From Nitrospirota bacterium (GTDB lineage: Bacteria; Nitrospirota; UBA9217), in NCBI GenBank assembly GCA_963845065.1, contig CAWJQQ010000008.1, positions 224,001 through 288,000 on the forward strand: a stretch of 64,000 nt of DNA, in the 5' to 3' direction. The notes beneath the pieces are model-generated. The model saw only the letters and a list, made by a program, of their open reading frames with translations. It was not told the origin of the DNA and did no database searches. Below, piece by piece: positions 20,598 to 31,204 of the stretch; the stretch's first letter is position 1, and every line of letters begins with the position of its first letter. Made by a program: the position numbers and the translations under genes.

Positions 20598-21950
20598 ATG
20601 ATCCACGATGTCCTCCGACGCGCTGATTTTTTACTCGAACTGCTGAATGCGGTTCCCGCCATGCTTTTGATCGTTGACTCAGATGTCAGGATCTATCATA
20701 TCAATACGGCAACAGCCCGGGAATTCCGGCTTGACCGCGACAAAGTCTTTATGAGGCTGGGTGGAGAAGTCTTACACTGCATCCACGCTACGGAGGCGCC
20801 AGGAGGGTGCGGTCAGTCGATGGTATGCAAATATTGCATGCTCAGAAATTCCGTGCACGAAGCGATGGAAGGACAGCAGGTTTTCCGTGCCTGCGCAAAA
20901 TTAGACCTCGTGACCAGGGAGGGCACGAACGAAGTACAACTCCTCGTATCCGCGTCACCTCTTGTCTTTGAGGGTAAAGCCTTCGTACTTTTGGCACTGG
21001 AAAATATCACCGAACTCAAGCAGATCGAGGATTCTTTACACGCCAGCGAAGTCAAACTGCGAAATATCACGTCCGTCATGGGAGAAGGCGTATATGTGCT
21101 GGATCGCGACTTGCGTTTGACGTTCCTTAATCCCGAAGCAGAGAAACTGCTCGGCTGGACCGAGAAGGAACTGCTGGGCAAATACGTCCATGACGTGTTT
21201 CACACGAGGAGGGCCGACGGGAGCACATTGACCGCTGCGGAATGCCCCGAGCTGAAAACGGTATACACCGGCATGAGCTATCGTTCGGAAAATGAGGTCT
21301 TTGTCCGAAAAGACGGGACAATGTTTCCTGTCTCTCTAGTTTCCACGCCCCTGATAGAACATGGGAACCTCACTGGTTGCGTTGCCGTATTTCGGGACGT
21401 CACTGAAATTGCGCTGACGACTGCGGAACTGAAGCGCCTCAACGAGCTCCTGGAACACCGCGCGACAACAGACGCCTTAACGGACATCTGTAATCGGCTT
21501 AAATTCACCGAATTGCTGATACAAGAGATGCGGGAGTTCCGCCGATACGGACATCAGCTATCCCTGATCATGTTCGATATCGACAACTTCAAGAAGATCA
21601 ATGACCAGGAAGGACATCAAGCCGGTGATTCGGTCCTGCGTAAGCTCGCCCGGCTGGTAAAGGGGAATATCAGAGCGGCAGACATTTTCGGCCGATGGGG
21701 TGGAGAAGAGTTTATGGTTCTGTCACCGCACACGGGTCTGGATGAGACAGAGCAGCTTGCGTCGAAACTGCGGGAACTGGTTGAGGCGCATGATTTCGGC
21801 TGTAGACAATCGATCACTTGCAGCTTCGGCATCACACAATGTACTGACCAGGATACGTTCGAGAGCTTTACCAATCGAGCGGATAAGGCGATGTACCGCG
21901 CTAAAGCAGAAGGACGGAACACGGTTAAGGTCATCGACGCTGAAACTTGA
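20598..21950 (+). CDS. PAS-PAS diguanylate cyclase
   Basis: TDALT, DIDNFKKIND..GHQAGD, RWGGEEF; RxxD I-site (RAAD); upstream PAS domains, the first Cys-rich. Confidence 0.92.
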   Translation: MIHDVLRRADFLLELLNAVPAMLLIVDSDVRIYHINTATAREFRLDRDKVFMRLGGEVLHCIHATEAPGGCGQSMVCKYCMLRNSVHEAMEGQQVFRACAKLDLVTREGTNEVQLLVSASPLVFEGKAFVLLALENITELKQIEDSLHASEVKLRNITSVMGEGVYVLDRDLRLTFLNPEAEKLLGWTEKELLGKYVHDVFHTRRADGSTLTAAECPELKTVYTGMSYRSENEVFVRKDGTMFPVSLVSTPLIEHGNLTGCVAVFRDVTEIALTTAELKRLNELLEHRATTDALTDICNRLKFTELLIQEMREFRRYGHQLSLIMFDIDNFKKINDQEGHQAGDSVLRKLARLVKGNIRAADIFGRWGGEEFMVLSPHTGLDETEQLASKLRELVEAHDFGCRQSITCSFGITQCTDQDTFESFTNRADKAMYRAKAEGRNTVKVIDAET

Positions 21951-21982
21951 CGGGTATTCGTAACAGGGCTTGCAGAGCTTAC

Positions 21983-23654
21983 CAAATCATCCACAGAAAG
22001 CCACTGGTTTTAACAATGGGGACGAATGCGGAGACTTAACGCCTCGATAATTGCTAGACAAATGTTCATCACTATGGTATATTTGACGTAACAATGTCAC
22101 GTAATAAATTAAAAACCCCCTCTTCCATCCATGAGTTTCAACTCGGAACTACCCGCAAAGACAACCGAATGCTTGCTATTCGGCTCGAGGCTGGCCGCCA
22201 TCTGTATAATGCCTGCCTTGGCGAAGCGCTGAAACGTCTTGCTGCGATGCGTAGTTCTGTCAAATGGTGCACAGCAATTAAAAAGAAGAAAAGCAAGCTG
22301 CTCACCAAGATGTTTAAGGCAGCCAGAAACCAAGCCAACCATACCGAATACAGCCTCCATGAGTACGTCGGTCGGTTTAGAAACTCCTGCTGGATCGCGG
22401 CGACCATATCGATAGCCTGACTGCCCAGAAGATAGCAACCCGAGCGTTTCAGGCCGTAACCGACTACGAGCTTGGTAAGCATGGCAAGCCCCGGTTCAAG
22501 CGCCGTGGCTGGATGTCGTCCGTTGAAGGCAAAAACAACGCATCCGGGATACGGTGGTGCGATGATCATGTCGAGTGGTCTGGACTTAACCTCAGCTGTC
22601 TCTTCGATCACAAGGACAAGTTCGGTGTCCAGGCTCACGCGCTTAGCCATGAAGTCAAATACGTCCGGCTGGTCAAGAAGACGATCCGTGGCAACCCCCG
22701 CTGGTTTGCCCAACTCGTTCTGAAGGGCACGGCTAAGGTCAAGCGAGAGAACCAGATCGGTACCGGGACTGTTGGTTTAGACATCGGTCCGTCCACAGGC
22801 GCTATCGTTGGCGATACCGATGCCCGGCTCGTTGAATTCTGTCCAGAAGTCGAGATTCCGTACAAACAAATCAGGGTTGTGCAGCGCAAGATGGACAGAA
22901 GTCTTAGAGCCACTAATCCAGATAACTACAACGAGAATGGCACAATCAAGTCCGGCAAAAAGCAGTGGGTCTTCTCCGCTCAATACCGCGCTGAGTTGGC
23001 AGAGCTTAAGCGGGTCCTCGCTGCAACGAGAAAACGATCTCATGGAAAGCCTGCCAATGAGATTCTTAAGCTCGGAACTAACATTAAAACCGAGAAACTT
23101 TCGTACGAAGCCTTTCAAAGAACATTTGGCAAAAGCGTATCAAGACGAGTTCCGGGTATGTTTTTTTTGATGCTTCGCCGCAAAGCCGAAAACGCTGGCG
23201 GCCAGATAATCGAATTCCCTACCCAGAGCACGAAACTTTCAAAGACATGCCACTGCGGTGAAGTTAAATAGAAGCCCCTCTCAAAGCGGCAACACGTTTG
23301 CGCATGTGGTGCGGATGCATAGCGCGATCTATATTCCGCATTTTTCGCAAAGTACGTTTCGAACGATGTCCTCAACACGCGCCGGGCTCTAGCAGCCTGG
23401 CCGGGTGCAAACCTGCTCCTGGAACGGGCGGTGTTGAGGGTGCAGCATGAAGCGGCGATAGGCCGGATTCATCCGGCCAGCTTCGGTCTCACGCGAGCGA
23501 TGAAGGTAAGTACAAGCGCAGACCGGAGACAGAGCAGCTCGCCCGTCAAAGACGGATCAACGACAGTCGAGGCCGGCAATGTTTGCGTTGTTGCCGGAGA
23601 GACTGTCGGTATTGCCGTCAGAACCCCCTAGTTTTAACTATGGGGAGTGGTCAG
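21983..23654 (+). mobile_element. IS200/IS605-family tnpB-only element, copy A (decayed)
   Basis: TTAC (21979-21982)|caaatcatccacagAAAG-hairpin left end; right end GAAC-cccctagttttaactatgggg-agtggTCAG. Confidence 0.92.
22094..23630 (+). pseudogene. tnpB: TnpB pseudogene (copy A)
   Basis: Colinear with copies B and C, but frameshifted near 22398 and with TAG stops at 23269 and ~23319. Confidence 0.9.
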
Positions 23655-23740
23655 ACAATTCTCTCATTATTTGCACACATCCTTTCTTTGTCCTTTCCAT
23701 AATATGTTATACTTTATTGCATTAATCGGAGGAACGCCGC

Positions 23741-25675
23741 ATGAAAGCCAAAGGCACCAAGAACAAAGAAAATGTCATCCACGGCGTGAGCTTGCTCACG
23801 GAGCACGACATCTATCTCTTTAAAGAAGGGAACCATTTTGGACTCTACGAGAAGCTCGGCTCACACGTATTAATCATCAACGGTGAAGAGGGCACGCTAT
23901 TCGCGGTCTGGGCACCGAATGCTGCGAAGGTCTCGGTGATTGGCGATTTTAACAGCTGGAACAGGAACAGCCATCCTCTTGCAGTGCGGCATGACGGTTC
24001 GGGCATCTGGGAAGGATTCATCCCGGGTTTAGCCGAAGGGACGCTCTACAAGTACCAGATCGTCTCGAGGTATAATCAGCACGCGGGTGAGAAAGGCGAT
24101 CCCTTTGCGTTTTCCTGGGAAGTCCCCCCCAGGACAGCATCCGTGGTTCGGCAACTGGACTACAAATGGAATGACCAGTTATGGATGAAGGAGCGGTATG
24201 CACGGAATTCGCTGAATGGGCCCTTCTCCGTCTACGAGCTTCACATCGGCTCATGGCGCAGGGTCCCGGAAGATAACAACCGGTCACTCACCTACCGAGA
24301 ACTGGCGGACTATCTTCCCGAATATCTCAAAGACACCGGCTTCACGCACGTGGAATTCATGCCCGTGATGGAACACCCCTTTTATGGGTCCTGGGGATAC
24401 CAGGTTACGGGATTCTTCGCGCCCACGAGGAGGTACGGGACACCGCAGGACTTCATGCATCTGATCGACCGGCTGCACCAGGAGGGAATCGGTGTGATCC
24501 TGGACTGGGTGCCATCGCACTTCCCGGGTGATGCTCATGGGCTAGTGTATTTCGACGGCACGCACCTGTACGAACACGAAGACCCAAGGAAAGGTTTCCA
24601 TCCCGAATGGACGAGCCATATCTTCAACTACGGCCGGTACGAGGTGCGTAACTTCCTGATCAGTAGCGCACTCTTCTGGCTCGATAAATATCATGCAGAC
24701 GGACTCAGGATCGACGCCGTGGCGTCCATGCTCTACCTTGATTACGCGCGGAAGGAAGGCGAGTGGATTCCGAACCAGTATGGCGGTAAGGAGAACATTG
24801 AGGCTATCGATTTTCTTCGGAGCCTGAACCGGGAGGTGTACCGTGCCTTCCCCGACGTCCAGACCATCGCCGAAGAGTCGACCTCTTGGCCTATGGTATC
24901 GCGGCCTGCGCATGTCGGGGGTCTTGGCTTCGGTATGAAATGGAACATGGGGTGGATGCACGATACGCTGGATTATTTTGAGCAGGATCCAGTGTTCCGC
25001 AAGTACCATCACAACGACATCACCTTTAGCATCTGGTACGCGTTTTTTGAGAATTTCATGCTGCCCTTATCCCATGACGAAGTAGTGTACGGCAAGGGTG
25101 CTCTTGCCGGGAAGATGCCCGGCAGCGGCCTGCAGAAGATGGCGAATCTGCGGCTTTTGTACGGATATCTTTACACCCATCCGGGCAAGAAGCTCCTGTT
25201 CATGGGATGCGAGCTGGGCCAGTGGGCGGAGTGGAGCCATGAGCGGAGCATTGAATGGCATCTTCTTCAGTATCAGTCCCACTATGGAGTCTGGAAATGG
25301 GTCCGCGACTTGAATCACCTGTATCGAAGCGAGCCCGCCCTTTTCGAGGTCGACTTCGAGAACGCAGGGTTTGAATGGGTCGACTTCAGCGACCAGGAAT
25401 CGAGTGTCATCTGCTTTATCAGGAGGGGGCGCTCGACGCGTGATACGATACTTGTTGCGTGCAACTTTACACCGGTTCCGCGTCTGAACTACCGAGTAGG
25501 CGTCCCCGAGGGAGGGTTCTGGAGAGAGCTATTGAACAGCGATGCCAAAGAATATGGCGGAGACGGGTACGGCAATTTCGGTGGACTCGAAGCAACAATG
25601 GAGCCACGCCACCACCGGAGCCATTCGCTGCTGCTAACGCTGCCGCCGCTCGGAATCGTAGTGTTCAAGAAATGA
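23741..25675 (+). CDS. glgB: 1,4-alpha-glucan branching enzyme
   Basis: FAVWAPNA, YELHIGSW, SWGYQ, LRIDAVASMLY, IAEEST, PLSHDEVV. Confidence 0.96.
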   Translation: MKAKGTKNKENVIHGVSLLTEHDIYLFKEGNHFGLYEKLGSHVLIINGEEGTLFAVWAPNAAKVSVIGDFNSWNRNSHPLAVRHDGSGIWEGFIPGLAEGTLYKYQIVSRYNQHAGEKGDPFAFSWEVPPRTASVVRQLDYKWNDQLWMKERYARNSLNGPFSVYELHIGSWRRVPEDNNRSLTYRELADYLPEYLKDTGFTHVEFMPVMEHPFYGSWGYQVTGFFAPTRRYGTPQDFMHLIDRLHQEGIGVILDWVPSHFPGDAHGLVYFDGTHLYEHEDPRKGFHPEWTSHIFNYGRYEVRNFLISSALFWLDKYHADGLRIDAVASMLYLDYARKEGEWIPNQYGGKENIEAIDFLRSLNREVYRAFPDVQTIAEESTSWPMVSRPAHVGGLGFGMKWNMGWMHDTLDYFEQDPVFRKYHHNDITFSIWYAFFENFMLPLSHDEVVYGKGALAGKMPGSGLQKMANLRLLYGYLYTHPGKKLLFMGCELGQWAEWSHERSIEWHLLQYQSHYGVWKWVRDLNHLYRSEPALFEVDFENAGFEWVDFSDQESSVICFIRRGRSTRDTILVACNFTPVPRLNYRVGVPEGGFWRELLNSDAKEYGGDGYGNFGGLEATMEPRHHRSHSLLLTLPPLGIVVFKK

Positions 25676-25748
25676 GGGAGGGAAGAATGTCGCAATTTAT
25701 AACAGGCTCTCAATTTTCCAAGTGAGTTTTTTGTCGCATGGTAGCCGC

Positions 25749-26981
25749 CTATTTAGTTACCACCACAATCCCCGACTCGGTCACGATATATCCGCGCCGC
25801 CGATCCTCTTCGGGATCGTAGCCAATCGTTATACCTTCAGGGACAAAGATATTTTCATCGATAATGGCTTTCCTGACCTTGGTGCCCCGTCCAATCTGGA
25901 CGTTCTCAAAGAGAATGGAACCTTCAACCAGGGCGTAGCTGTGTACCTTGCAGGACGGTCCCAGGATGGAACGCCTTACGGTCGCACCGCTGGTAATACA
26001 GCCGCCGCAGACGAGTGAATCGAGGTTCTGGCCGCGACGGCCTTCGTCGTCGAATACGGTTTTGGCAGGCGGAAGGTTCCCCTGGTTGGTCAGGACCGGC
26101 CAATTGTAATTGTAGAGGTTCAGCTGGGGACTGACACTGATGAGGTCCATGTTCGCCTCATAGTAGGAATCGATAGTGCCCACATCCTTCCAGTAGCCCC
26201 GCTCGTTAGCTCCTATGCCTGGCACAGAATTGTCAAAGAAACAGTAGGCGAATATTCTGTCTCCCTCGTTTAGCATCATCGGGATCACATGTTTTCCGAA
26301 GTCTAGATCATCATGTCTGTGTTTGCCTTTTTTCAGGACGTCTATCAACTTGTCTGTGGAAAAAATATAATTACCCATTGAAGCAAAGCAGGTGGTGCGG
26401 CCGGGGACTAGTTGCGGCTGTTTAGGTTTTTCCTGGAACGCCGTTACTTTCAGGTCTTCGTTTACGCCCAGCACTCCCAGCCGAACGGCCTCTTCGGGCG
26501 TGACATCGAGAGCGGCTATGGTTAGGTCAGCCTTGTTAATGCGGTGGTATGCCATCATCTGCGCGATGTCCATTTTATAAATATGGTCTCCGCCGAAAAT
26601 CATGACAAAATCGGCGCCCGACGATTCGATAAACCGGAGGTTGTGATAAATGGCATCGGCCGTGCCGGTGTACCACTGCTCGCCAATATGGGTCGTTTCG
26701 GGAGAGAGCGTGTCGTAGAATTCGCCGAGGCCGACCCACCGGCCCCAGGAGTCCTTAATGTGCTTGTTGAGGGAATAAGCATGGTACTGTGTAAGGATGT
26801 ACGTCTTGCGGATGCCTGAATTGAAGAGGTTGCTCAGAACGAAGTCAATGATCTTGTACTTCCCACCAAAGGGGACTGCGGGCTTGGATCTGCCGGTGGT
26901 GATGGGGCTCAAGCGCTCTCCTTTGCCGCCGGCGAGGACTATGGCAATGGTGTTCAGCGTTACATTTCCAATTGCGTACAT
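25749..26981 (-). CDS. glgC: Glucose-1-phosphate adenylyltransferase
   Basis: LAGGKGERL, KPAVPFGGKY, YTGTADA, GDHIYKMD, YWKDVGT. Confidence 0.95.
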   Translation of the reverse strand: MYAIGNVTLNTIAIVLAGGKGERLSPITTGRSKPAVPFGGKYKIIDFVLSNLFNSGIRKTYILTQYHAYSLNKHIKDSWGRWVGLGEFYDTLSPETTHIGEQWYTGTADAIYHNLRFIESSGADFVMIFGGDHIYKMDIAQMMAYHRINKADLTIAALDVTPEEAVRLGVLGVNEDLKVTAFQEKPKQPQLVPGRTTCFASMGNYIFSTDKLIDVLKKGKHRHDDLDFGKHVIPMMLNEGDRIFAYCFFDNSVPGIGANERGYWKDVGTIDSYYEANMDLISVSPQLNLYNYNWPVLTNQGNLPPAKTVFDDEGRRGQNLDSLVCGGCITSGATVRRSILGPSCKVHSYALVEGSILFENVQIGRGTKVRKAIIDENIFVPEGITIGYDPEEDRRRGYIVTESGIVVVTK

Positions 26982-27247
26982 GGGTAAAGGGCCCTTTCTG
27001 GCAAGCCATTCCGCTTCACCAAAATGGCTTCAGGATAGCAGCACGCCTCTTATAACTATTGTAGCAGAACATCATATGGTATGGAGGCAGCAGAAATATG
27101 AAAGACAGGCGGCAGGCCATGCTTCCCGAGTATTATTCAGGCATTCCCCTATCGGGTTTTAATAAGGTAGCATCGTAAGTAACATTTAGTTGACAGAATT
27201 CGCAATATTGTGATATTCATAAGTCCTTAACTGGATATTTTTTTTGT

Positions 27248-28729
27248 GTGAGGACCATGGCTTCAATGATCTTGAAAATGCGTGTGCAATTGCCAGCGCC
27301 GTCCGTGGACGACCGCCGGGCATATGACCAGCGGTTGCAGGAAGCGCTCGGACTCGGGCCAGTGGAGATTCCTCTTTCAGTTTTGAAGCGGTTTCCTGCT
27401 CTTGTCCTGAGGAGCACCGTCTTTTCGGGCATCATCGGCAGGTTCGGGGAACGTAATCGGTTGATCGATGTCGGCGTAGAACGTTCCTACTCCATAGCAT
27501 TGGACCTTGGGACCACGAACCTTGTTGCGCTGTTGTACGATAATGTCGCACAAAAAGACGTGTTCATGCGTAGTCTGGAGAACCCCCAGATCGTTTTTGG
27601 CAGCGATATCCTGACCCGTATGCAGCATGCCATGTCTAACCGTGCCACCGAAGTGTACCAGGCCCTCACTGATGGTATCAGCAACCTTATCACCATGCTC
27701 TGTCAGGAGGCCGGGATTGAACGGCACGACATCCATGCCATGACTGCTGCCGGAAACACGGTTATGACCCATTTTTTTTTGGGTCTCGATATCAGCACGA
27801 TTCCTGTTGACCCCTTTGTGCCCGTGGTGAGGACGCCGGGATTTTTTAATGCATCGGAGCTGTCTCTTAACATCAATCCTGAGGCGATGGTGTACGTGTT
27901 CCCGAATGCGGGGAGCTATGTGGGCGGCGACATTACGGCAGGCGTCGTCGCATCGGGCATGTCACTGGTAGACCAGACGTCAATCCTGATCGACGTCGGC
28001 ACCAACGCCGAGATAGTAATCGGGAATAAAGAGTGGATGATCGTGGGGGCAGGGGCCGCAGGTCCGGCGCTCGAAGAGGGGATAAGCCGAATCGGGAGGC
28101 GGGCTAGGAAAGGGATCGTCTATGATGTCGAAATCATCGACGGAAAAATCACCTGCAAGACCTTTGATCAGGGAACGCCCGAAGGGATCTGCGGCTCGGG
28201 CATGGTGAGCCTGCTCTATGAACTCTACCGGGCAGGGATGATTGACAAGAGTGGCAGTCTTGTCGATAGCGAGCATATCACGACCGTTGAGAACGAAAAG
28301 GCGTTTTCCATCGGTTGCGGCTGCAGCGAAGCTTTGTACATAACACAGGCGGAAATCCAGAATTTCATGAAGTCCAAGGCCGCCATGTTTACGCTGCTCC
28401 TCGTGCTGACCCGGTCCGTCGGAATTTCTTTCAGCGATATCAGAAACGTTTATGTCTCGGGGGCACTGGGAACGGGAATCAATCCCATAAAGGCCATTGG
28501 CATCGGGATGCTGCCAGCATGGCCAGCAGAGATCGTGAAGCCCTTGGGCAACTCATCCCTGGAAGGTGCGCGCATGTTGCTTGTTGACGGTGGACTGGTG
28601 CATACGATCAATGCCATCGTCGAGAAGATCACGTACAAGCATATGCATGACGACCCCGAATTCATGAAGGAGTTTTTAGGCGCTGTGTTCATTCCCCATA
28701 CCAATCCGGAGCTGCTGAAAGTTTCATGA
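27248..28729 (+). CDS. ASKHA-domain / RACo-like (DUF4445) ATP-dependent corrinoid activator homologue
   Basis: ALDLGTT, NPQIVFGSDILTR, AGNTVMTHFFLG, IDVGTNAEI, GPALE, GICGSG, GNSSLEGA. Confidence 0.85.
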   Translation: MRTMASMILKMRVQLPAPSVDDRRAYDQRLQEALGLGPVEIPLSVLKRFPALVLRSTVFSGIIGRFGERNRLIDVGVERSYSIALDLGTTNLVALLYDNVAQKDVFMRSLENPQIVFGSDILTRMQHAMSNRATEVYQALTDGISNLITMLCQEAGIERHDIHAMTAAGNTVMTHFFLGLDISTIPVDPFVPVVRTPGFFNASELSLNINPEAMVYVFPNAGSYVGGDITAGVVASGMSLVDQTSILIDVGTNAEIVIGNKEWMIVGAGAAGPALEEGISRIGRRARKGIVYDVEIIDGKITCKTFDQGTPEGICGSGMVSLLYELYRAGMIDKSGSLVDSEHITTVENEKAFSIGCGCSEALYITQAEIQNFMKSKAAMFTLLLVLTRSVGISFSDIRNVYVSGALGTGINPIKAIGIGMLPAWPAEIVKPLGNSSLEGARMLLVDGGLVHTINAIVEKITYKHMHDDPEFMKEFLGAVFIPHTNPELLKVS

Positions 28730-28848
28730 ACCGCCAATTTTACTGCTTCCTGCTTGTTGTTTTTTCTCAAGAGCTGTGGTAGTGTGCTGCACCACCGAGA
28801 AGAGCACGGCATACGCTCGGGAGGATTATGCGTCAGTATTGAGCATTC

Positions 28849-29499
28849 ATGAAGAAGCCAATAAATAACGCAACTAGCGGTCTTTCACGACGGCTGCACT
28901 TTCCGGATGATGAAAAGAAGCTTCCCTGGCTTTCGCTTTTACTCGACGCCTATGCCATAGCCGATACCGGCGTGTCCATTGCCGTACGGCTTGAAGAAAA
29001 ACGCAGGAAGATAAAACTTGCATGCGCACGTGGCTGCGGTAATTGCTGCGTCCACCAGAAAGACCTGCCACTCTATCCGCATGAGCTCGTAGGCATATAC
29101 TGGTACTCGTCGGAGAAAATGGTTCAACCCATGAGAGCTATCCTGCGGGGCCGTCTCGATGGGCATGCTGCAGGTTCGGCCTGCCCCTTTCTAGTAGACA
29201 ATTCGTGCTCCATCCACCAAGTCCGGCCGATCGGGTGCAGGCAGTTCAATGTTTTCGGGAAGCCCTGCGTGGAAGGCGAGGATCCTTACTATACGAGGCG
29301 TAATGATGTTCTGGTTCCGCTCCCGGATTATATTGACCGTGCATTTGCTGCGGTAATTCCTTTCTATAATATGAAGAAAGAAGTTGATCCCTCACAGGCC
29401 GTCAGGCTTGTTCGTTCGCAGATTATGAACCTCCGGACATATGATTGGGGAAAACTCGTTGCACTACTAGACAATACAGACAGCGGGAAAACCAAGTAA
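28849..29499 (+). CDS. YkgJ-family cysteine cluster protein
   Basis: CARGCGNCC ... CPFL..NSCSIHQVRPIGCR. Confidence 0.85.
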   Translation: MKKPINNATSGLSRRLHFPDDEKKLPWLSLLLDAYAIADTGVSIAVRLEEKRRKIKLACARGCGNCCVHQKDLPLYPHELVGIYWYSSEKMVQPMRAILRGRLDGHAAGSACPFLVDNSCSIHQVRPIGCRQFNVFGKPCVEGEDPYYTRRNDVLVPLPDYIDRAFAAVIPFYNMKKEVDPSQAVRLVRSQIMNLRTYDWGKLVALLDNTDSGKTK

Positions 29500-29575
29500 T
29501 TACCAAACTATCCGCAGAAAGCCCCTGGTTTTAACCATGGGGATGAATGCGGGAACTTTGCTTTTCAGCAATTGC

Positions 29576-29604
29576 TGGACAAATGTATATCTATGTGGTA
29601 TATT
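29576..29604 (+). promoter_or_regulatory. Putative sigma70 promoter of tnpB (also at 22055-22083 and 54226-54254)
   Basis: T(A/G)GACA-17 nt-TATATT with a TG extension, at identical spacing in all three copies, 10 nt before the ATG. Confidence 0.7.
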
Positions 29605-29614
29605 TGAGCAACCA

Positions 29615-31174
29615 ATGCCTCGTAAACGTAAACCTAAAACCCCATCTTTTGTACACGAGTTCCAACTCGTAGTGACTCCAAAGGATAATCGAATGCTTAA
29701 TGTCCGACTCGAAGCTGGTCGTTATCTATATAATGCCTGTCTTGGTGAAGCGATGAAACGTCTTGCCGCCATGCGTAGCTCTAAAAAATGGCGTTCAGCG
29801 ATCAAGAAGAAAAAGAGCAAGCTACGCACTAAAATGTTCAAGACAGCCAGAAACATAGCTGAATATACCGAATACCATCTCCATGATTATGTCGGGAGCC
29901 TCCGCAATTCGTGTTGGATCGGAGACCATATTGACAGCCTGGCCGCCCAGAAGATAGCGACCAGGTCGTTTAATGCCGTTGCTGACTACGAATTCGGCAA
30001 GCATGGTAAACTACGTTTCAAGCGCCATGCCTGGATGTCGTCCCTTGAAGGTAAAAACAACAAGTCTGGTATTCGGTGGTGCGATGACCATGTTGAATGG
30101 TCTGGACTTAGCCTTACCTGTGTCTTCGACAAAAAAGACAAGTTTGGCGTTCAGGCACATGCGCTTAGCCATGATGTTAAATATGTTCGTTTGGTGAAGA
30201 AAGCCATCTGCGGTAACGCCTGCTGGTTCGCCCAACTCGTGCTTAAAGGCACGGCCAGGATCAAGCGTGAGAACCAGATTGGCACCGAAACCGTTGGCCT
30301 TGACATTGGCCCATCCACGGGTGCTATCGTTAGCGATACCGATGCGTTGCTCGTAGCATTTTGTCCGGAAGTCGAGATTCCGTACAAACAAATCCGCGTG
30401 GTTCAGCGTAAGATGGCCAGAAGCCTGAGGGCTGCCAACCCGGACAACTACAACGAAGACGGCACGACTAAGACTGGTGCCGGCAAGGGTAAAAAGCGGT
30501 GGATATTCTCTGCTAAATACCGTGCGCTTAAGGCTGAACTAGCCGAGCTACAGCGAGTTTTGGCTGAAACCAGAAAACGGGCTCATGGCAAGTTAGCCAA
30601 TGAAATTCTTAAGCTCGGAACCAACATAAAGACCGAGAAACTGTCGTACAGAGCATTCCAGAAACTCTATGGTAAAAGTATTTCAAGACGCGCTCCGGGG
30701 ATGTTTATTTCGATGCTTCGCCGCAAAGCCGAAAACGCTGGCGGTAAAGTAACTGAATTTTCTACCCGGAGCACGAAGCTTTCAGAGACATGCCACTGCG
30801 GGGAAGTAGCCAAAAAACCGCTATCCCAACGGTGGCATGACTGTAACTGCGGGGTAAACACTCAACGCGATCTCTACTCCGCATATCTTGCAAAATATGT
30901 TTTTGAAAATGTTCTCGACACGCGTCAAGCCGCAGCAGCTTGGCCGGGTGCAAACCTGCTCCTGGAACGGGCGGTGTTGAGGGTGCAGTTTGAAGCGGCA
31001 AATGGCCGGATTCATCCGGCCAGCTTCGGTATTAACAACATGAGAGCCAACACCACGAACCGGAGACAGAGTTGCTTGCCCGTTAAAAACGGATCAACGA
31101 TAGTCGATGCCGGCAACGTCTGTATTGTTGCCGGAAAGCCTGTCGGTATTGCAGTTAGAACCCCCTGTCTTTAG
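29615..31174 (+). CDS. tnpB: RNA-guided endonuclease TnpB (519 aa, apparently intact)
   Basis: RYLYNACL, RuvC-I VGLDIG, RuvC-II IKTEKL, Zn finger TCHCG..CNCG, RuvC-III QRDLYSA; start set by alignment with copies A and C. Confidence 0.92.
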   Translation: MPRKRKPKTPSFVHEFQLVVTPKDNRMLNVRLEAGRYLYNACLGEAMKRLAAMRSSKKWRSAIKKKKSKLRTKMFKTARNIAEYTEYHLHDYVGSLRNSCWIGDHIDSLAAQKIATRSFNAVADYEFGKHGKLRFKRHAWMSSLEGKNNKSGIRWCDDHVEWSGLSLTCVFDKKDKFGVQAHALSHDVKYVRLVKKAICGNACWFAQLVLKGTARIKRENQIGTETVGLDIGPSTGAIVSDTDALLVAFCPEVEIPYKQIRVVQRKMARSLRAANPDNYNEDGTTKTGAGKGKKRWIFSAKYRALKAELAELQRVLAETRKRAHGKLANEILKLGTNIKTEKLSYRAFQKLYGKSISRRAPGMFISMLRRKAENAGGKVTEFSTRSTKLSETCHCGEVAKKPLSQRWHDCNCGVNTQRDLYSAYLAKYVFENVLDTRQAAAAWPGANLLLERAVLRVQFEAANGRIHPASFGINNMRANTTNRRQSCLPVKNGSTIVDAGNVCIVAGKPVGIAVRTPCL

Positions 31175-31190
31175 ACATGGGGTAGGTCAG
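30940..31190 (+). ncRNA. Predicted omega-RNA (reRNA) scaffold overlapping the tnpB 3' end (homologues at 23398-23654 and 55573-55817)
   Basis: 39-nt block identical in three divergent copies; nested stems with compensatory changes; 5' boundary approximate. Confidence 0.7.
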
Positions 31191-31204
31191 CAGACTCCAG
31201 CGGC

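Larger units (their letters stand above)
29504..31190 (+). mobile_element. IS200/IS605-family tnpB-only element, copy B
   Basis: TTAC (29500-29503)|caaactatccgcagAAAG-cccctggttttaaccatgggg-atgaatgcgg; right end GAAC-cccctgtctttagacatgggg-taggTCAG. Confidence 0.95.

Noticed and set aside
29537..29614. Longer TnpB start given by the ORF track
   Set aside because: Lies within the left-end hairpin and promoter; copies A and C start at the equivalent of 29615
29615..31174. TnpB copies as nuclease-dead TldR-type regulators
   Set aside because: All three catalytic motifs are intact in B and C and transposon ends are retained; no TTAC-plus-guide target was noticed by eye (not searched exhaustively)
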